64,000 bases of DNA from an uncultured delta proteobacterium (GTDB lineage: Bacteria; Desulfobacterota; WTBG01): positions 96,001 to 160,000 of the forward strand of contig CAWCBP010000011.1 of assembly GCA_963793865.1 (NCBI GenBank), in the 5' to 3' direction. The position numbers and the translations under genes are program-made. Under the pieces are notes generated by a model, which was not told the origin of the DNA, did not search any database, and saw only the letters and a program-made list of their open reading frames with translations. Shown one piece after another: positions 60,097-64,000 of the stretch. Each line of letters begins with the position of its first letter. The stretch's first letter is position 1.

Positions 60097-61066
60097 GATG
60101 AAGATAGCTGTCATCGGCGCAGGAGCCATGGGGAGCTTATTTGCCTGTTTTCTGCACCGTGCCGGACACGAGGTCTGGCTGCTCGATAAGGACGGGGAGC
60201 GGGTGGAGGCCATACGGCGGTCCGGACTGACGCTTGAGGACGCTTCCGGCACACACCGGCTGGACATTTCCACCGTAACCGGCTGTGCCGGCGATATCGG
60301 TGCGGCCGACCTGGTGATCGTCTTTGTCAAGTCCTATGATACGGCGGAAGCCCTGCGCGACGCCCGCCCCGTGGTCCGGGATGATACGAGGGTACTGAGC
60401 CTGCAAAACGGTCTCAATAACCTGGAAACCATTGCCGCCGCGACCGGCAAAGGCCGCCTGCTCGGCGGCACCACCGCTCACGGCGCCACCCTGATTGCCC
60501 ACGGCCGCGTCCGGCATGCCGGCAGCGGTGATACGGTGATCGGCGCCTTCGGGAGCGCCGGGGCAGGTGAGCTCGATGGCGTGGCCGGGCTTTTGAACGG
60601 CGCCGGCATCAGAACCGCCGTGACCGGCGATCTGACCGCAACCCTTTGGACGAAGCTTATGGTTAATGCCGCCATCAATCCCCTTACCGCACTTACCGGA
60701 TTGTGCAACGGGGAAATCATGGGGCACCCCGGATTGGCGGATATTCAGGAGCGCATCGTCATGGAGGCGTGCGCGGTTGCGGCCGCGCGGGGGATCAGCC
60801 TCGGCGCGGGTGATCCCCTGGCCACGGTCAGGGATGTGTGCCGGCGCACTGCCTCCAACCGGTCATCAATGCTGCAGGATGTCCTCAACCGGAGGCGGAC
60901 GGAAATTGATGCCATCAACGGGGCGCTTGTCGCGTCGGGCGCGGCATGCGCTGTTCCCACGCCGTACAATACCGTCGTAACCATGCTGGTGAAGGCCCTG
61001 GAGCTCAACCGCCGGTCATACTGTGCGGATGATCACTGCGGCCGCAAAGACACGGTCATGCAATGA
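60089..61066 (+). CDS. panE: 2-dehydropantoate 2-reductase
   Basis: GAGAMG, VKSY, LQNGL, WTKLMVNAAINPLTAL, SSMLQD, TEIDAING. Confidence 0.93.
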   Translation: MDKMKIAVIGAGAMGSLFACFLHRAGHEVWLLDKDGERVEAIRRSGLTLEDASGTHRLDISTVTGCAGDIGAADLVIVFVKSYDTAEALRDARPVVRDDTRVLSLQNGLNNLETIAAATGKGRLLGGTTAHGATLIAHGRVRHAGSGDTVIGAFGSAGAGELDGVAGLLNGAGIRTAVTGDLTATLWTKLMVNAAINPLTALTGLCNGEIMGHPGLADIQERIVMEACAVAAARGISLGAGDPLATVRDVCRRTASNRSSMLQDVLNRRRTEIDAINGALVASGAACAVPTPYNTVVTMLVKALELNRRSYCADDHCGRKDTVMQ

Positions 61067-61102
61067 GCGCGGGGGTACAAAAGCCTTGATGCGGGGTGAG
61101 AA

Positions 61103-62623
61103 ATGCGTCAGTTGAAGCATGTGCTCATGGTGATAACCTTCGGAACCTTCCTTCTGTGCCGGGGGCTTGCCTGCGGTCTGAGCCTTGAGGGGCGGGTGCA
61201 GGAGTTCGATCTCAGGAACGGCATGAAGGTGCTGATCCTGGAGCGGCACGTCGCCCCGGTGGCCTCCTTCTACCTGCGTTTCAAGGTCGGGGCGGTGGAT
61301 GAGCCGCGGGGGGAGACGGGAACCGCTCACCTGCTTGAGCATATGCTGTTCAAGGGTACGAAAACCCTCGGGACCAGGGACTATCAACAGGAGGAAAAGC
61401 TGCTCCAGGCAATGGATGCGGTTGCTGAAAAGATAGACCGGGAAATGATGCGGGGAGAAAAGGCTGATCAATCCGGCATCGCCGCCTGGAGGGAGCAGCT
61501 GAAGGCCCTGCAGGAGGAGCATGGAAAACTGGTCATTAAAGACGAGATCAGTTCGCTCTACGAAGAGAACGGGGCGGAGGGCCTGAATGCATCCACCGGC
61601 TATGATCTCACCACCTATCAGGTGAGCCTTCCGGCCGATCGCATGGAGCTCTGGGCGCGCATTGAGTCGGACCGGATGGTGAACCCCGTTTTCAGGGAAT
61701 TCTATCCGGAGCGGGATGTGGTGAGGGAGGAAAGAAGACAGCGGGAGGAGACCCAGCCCGAGGGAATGCTGACGGAGAACTTTTTCGCGGCGGCCTACAT
61801 GGCGCATGCCTATGGAAGGCCCATAATCGGCTGGGATTCCGACCTGCGGTATTTAAGCCGGAAGCGGGTGGAGCGGTTTTTCAAACAGCACTATGCCCCC
61901 AACAATGCGGTGGTTGCCGTGGTGGGGGCGGTCCCTGCGGCGGCGGCCCTGAAGATCATAGAGGACTATTTTGGAAACATCCCCCCACAGGTAATGCCGG
62001 AGCTGCCCGGAGATGAAGAGCCGAAGCAGGCGGGTGAGCGGCGGGTAAACGTCGAGTTTGATGCCTATCCCCAGGTGCTGATCGGCTATCATAAGCCGAC
62101 CATGCCCCATTTTGACGATTATGTCTTTGACGTGATCGACATGATCCTTTCCAGCGGCAGAACCTCCCGGCTTTACAAGTCGCTGGTTGAAGAGAAAAAG
62201 ATAGCGGTCAGCGTGAGCACGGCAAACGGCATGCCGGGGAGCAGATGCCCCAATCTTTTTACCATTGCCGCAACGCCCCGGAGTCCGCACACCTGCGCGG
62301 AAGTGGAGGAGGAGATTTACCTGCAGCTTAAGCTCCTGCAGGACCGGCCGGTGACGACCCGCGAACTTGAAAAGGTGAAGAACAACCTGGAGGCCGATTT
62401 CATCAGGGCGCTTTCTTCCAACGCCGGGCTGGCGGCGCAGCTTTCCTACTATCAGTCCATCGCCGGAAACTGGAGGTACATTGAGAACCATCTCCAGGTA
62501 ATCGGCAGGATTACCGCTGAGGACGTGAGGCGGGTGGCGCAGAGCTATCTGGTGGAACGGAACCGGACCGTGGCCACCCTGGTGAAACAAGAGGCCGCCG
62601 CACTGAAGGGTAACCGCCAATGA
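61103..62623 (+). CDS. M16 family zinc metallopeptidase, catalytic subunit
   Basis: AHLLEHMLFKGT (HxxEH), LNAST, ERDVVREER, HYAPNN. Confidence 0.93.
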   Translation: MRQLKHVLMVITFGTFLLCRGLACGLSLEGRVQEFDLRNGMKVLILERHVAPVASFYLRFKVGAVDEPRGETGTAHLLEHMLFKGTKTLGTRDYQQEEKLLQAMDAVAEKIDREMMRGEKADQSGIAAWREQLKALQEEHGKLVIKDEISSLYEENGAEGLNASTGYDLTTYQVSLPADRMELWARIESDRMVNPVFREFYPERDVVREERRQREETQPEGMLTENFFAAAYMAHAYGRPIIGWDSDLRYLSRKRVERFFKQHYAPNNAVVAVVGAVPAAAALKIIEDYFGNIPPQVMPELPGDEEPKQAGERRVNVEFDAYPQVLIGYHKPTMPHFDDYVFDVIDMILSSGRTSRLYKSLVEEKKIAVSVSTANGMPGSRCPNLFTIAATPRSPHTCAEVEEEIYLQLKLLQDRPVTTRELEKVKNNLEADFIRALSSNAGLAAQLSYYQSIAGNWRYIENHLQVIGRITAEDVRRVAQSYLVERNRTVATLVKQEAAALKGNRQ

Positions 62624-64000
62624 GCACACGACGCACGCTGCACAGAAGGGATGGAAAACATGTCATGGCGGCAGCCGCGCTCCGGCTGGCGCTCCTGCTC
62701 TTCGCCGCGCTGAGCGCCTGCAAGCCGCCGCTCCTCCCATCTCCGGCGGATATGGTTTTTCAGCCGGTACGCTTTTCCTTCCCGCAGGCCGACCGGGTGC
62801 AGCTGTCCAACGGCATGGTGCTCTACCTCCGGGAGGACCACGAGCTTCCGCTGCTTAATCTGGTTGCCGTGATCCGGACCGGAGCCGTTTACGAGCCCGA
62901 GGAAAAGCTGGGACTGGCGTCATTAACCGGGACGGTGATGAGAACCGGGGGGACAAGCGCCCTCTCCGGAGATGAGATCAATGAGCAGCTGGAATTCATC
63001 GCCGCATCAATGGAGACCGGCATCAGCAGGGAGTCGGGCAGCGCTTCGCTCTCCGTTCTGAGCAAGGACCGGGAGATCGGCTTTCGCATCTTCGCCGATG
63101 TCCTGATGCACCCCGTCTTTGCACAGGATAAAGTGGACCTGGCAAAAAAGAAGGAGCTGGAGGCCATACGGCGCAGGAATGATAATCCGCAGGATATTGC
63201 CTTCCGCGAGTTTCGCAGAACGCTCTTCCGGGGCAATCCCCGGGGGCGCGTGCCGACGCTGAAAACGGTTTCCGCTGTTACACGCGAGGACATGATCGCC
63301 TTTCACCGGACCCATGTTCGGCCCAACACGATGATTCTGGGGGTGTCGGGGGACTTCAAGCGGGAGGAGATGATCGGGACCCTGGAGAGATTGTTTGCGG
63401 GATGGGAACCTGCGGAAGCGAACTTGCCTTCCATACCCATCCAGGAAGCGCCTGCAAAGACCCTTATTGAGTATGCCCGCAAGGACCTTCCCCAGTCTAC
63501 CATTGTTATGGGCCATCCCGCCATCGGAAAACGGCATCCCGATTTTTTCGCCTTTGAGGTGCTCAACTTCATACTGGGTGACGGGGGCTTCAGGTCTCGC
63601 CTCATGTCGGAAGTGCGCTCCAGCCGGGGTCTGGCCTACAGCGTGGGAAGCATTTATAATGCCGAGGCGGATCACGGCCTCTTTGCCACCTACTGCTTTA
63701 CCAAGTCAGGATCCACCCTGGAATCCATCAGGCTCATGTCGGACATCGTGAGGAACCTGAAGGAAAAGGGCATATCGCCGGAGGAGCTTGACTGGGCCAG
63801 GAGCAGCATCATCAATAACTTCGTCTTTAAGTTCACCTCCCCGGCCCGGATTGTCGGGGCGCAGGTTGGAATTGCCTACGACAAATTGCCTCAAGAGTTT
63901 TTGCAAACCTACCGAGACAGCATCATGGCCATCACTGTGGAGGACGTCAACAGGGCGGCTGCAGAGCATTTGCAGCCCGATCGCATGGCGGTGATGGTGG
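62620..64000 (+). CDS. M16 peptidase non-catalytic partner (probable lipoprotein); 3'-truncated by window edge
   Basis: ATG overlaps the upstream TGA; LSAC lipobox; LSNGM..EDHELP, GLASLTG (no HxxEH), SRLMSEVRSSRGLAYSV; frame open to the window end. Confidence 0.88.
   Translation, partial: MSTRRTLHRRDGKHVMAAAALRLALLLFAALSACKPPLLPSPADMVFQPVRFSFPQADRVQLSNGMVLYLREDHELPLLNLVAVIRTGAVYEPEEKLGLASLTGTVMRTGGTSALSGDEINEQLEFIAASMETGISRESGSASLSVLSKDREIGFRIFADVLMHPVFAQDKVDLAKKKELEAIRRRNDNPQDIAFREFRRTLFRGNPRGRVPTLKTVSAVTREDMIAFHRTHVRPNTMILGVSGDFKREEMIGTLERLFAGWEPAEANLPSIPIQEAPAKTLIEYARKDLPQSTIVMGHPAIGKRHPDFFAFEVLNFILGDGGFRSRLMSEVRSSRGLAYSVGSIYNAEADHGLFATYCFTKSGSTLESIRLMSDIVRNLKEKGISPEELDWARSSIINNFVFKFTSPARIVGAQVGIAYDKLPQEFLQTYRDSIMAITVEDVNRAAAEHLQPDRMAVMV

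Overview
GC-rich bacterial chromosome segment. Gene content (CCG-domain Fe-S oxidoreductases, multiheme cytochromes, an NrfCD-type module, a corrinoid methyltransferase system, CooC, a sigma54 regulator) points to an anaerobic Desulfobacterota/deltaproteobacterium-like organism; this is an inference. 1-7.7 kb: a respiratory operon (FadF/DUF224-like Fe-S protein, two multiheme cytochromes, NrfC- and NrfD-like subunits) and a secreted LVIVD-repeat protein. 8-25 kb: mostly housekeeping genes (DHH-CBS tRNA nucleotidyltransferase, trpS, scpAB, rluB, lpxH, MutY-like, nfi, OmpA, YedF), plus a stand-alone ferredoxin-dependent bilin reductase (FDBR)-like gene. 25-59 kb: a mostly minus-strand catabolic island. 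It encodes a TetR regulator, two GGR-family flavoproteins, an exported HemG-like flavodoxin, a membrane-anchored FDBR-like protein, a YCF48/cupredoxin/MMPL/DUF1302/DUF1329 uptake module, an atypical nitrilase, a corrinoid methyl-transfer module, a HemF-fold protein with an altered active site, four FAD-linked oxidases with an Fe-S subunit, an amidohydrolase, MMSDH and a DHDPS-family aldolase. A shared 14-bp palindrome links the TetR promoter to an internal promoter. The concentration of tetrapyrrole-handling folds suggests an undescribed anaerobic tetrapyrrole/bilin-processing pathway (hypothesis). 59-64 kb: cooC, panE and an M16 peptidase pair. Many accessory genes carry single-base frameshifts, probably assembly errors. 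GTAG-type REPs and heptamer-repeat palindromes occur in intergenic DNA. No rRNA, tRNA, CRISPR array or transposase was seen. All protein family calls are motif recognition by eye, not database results.
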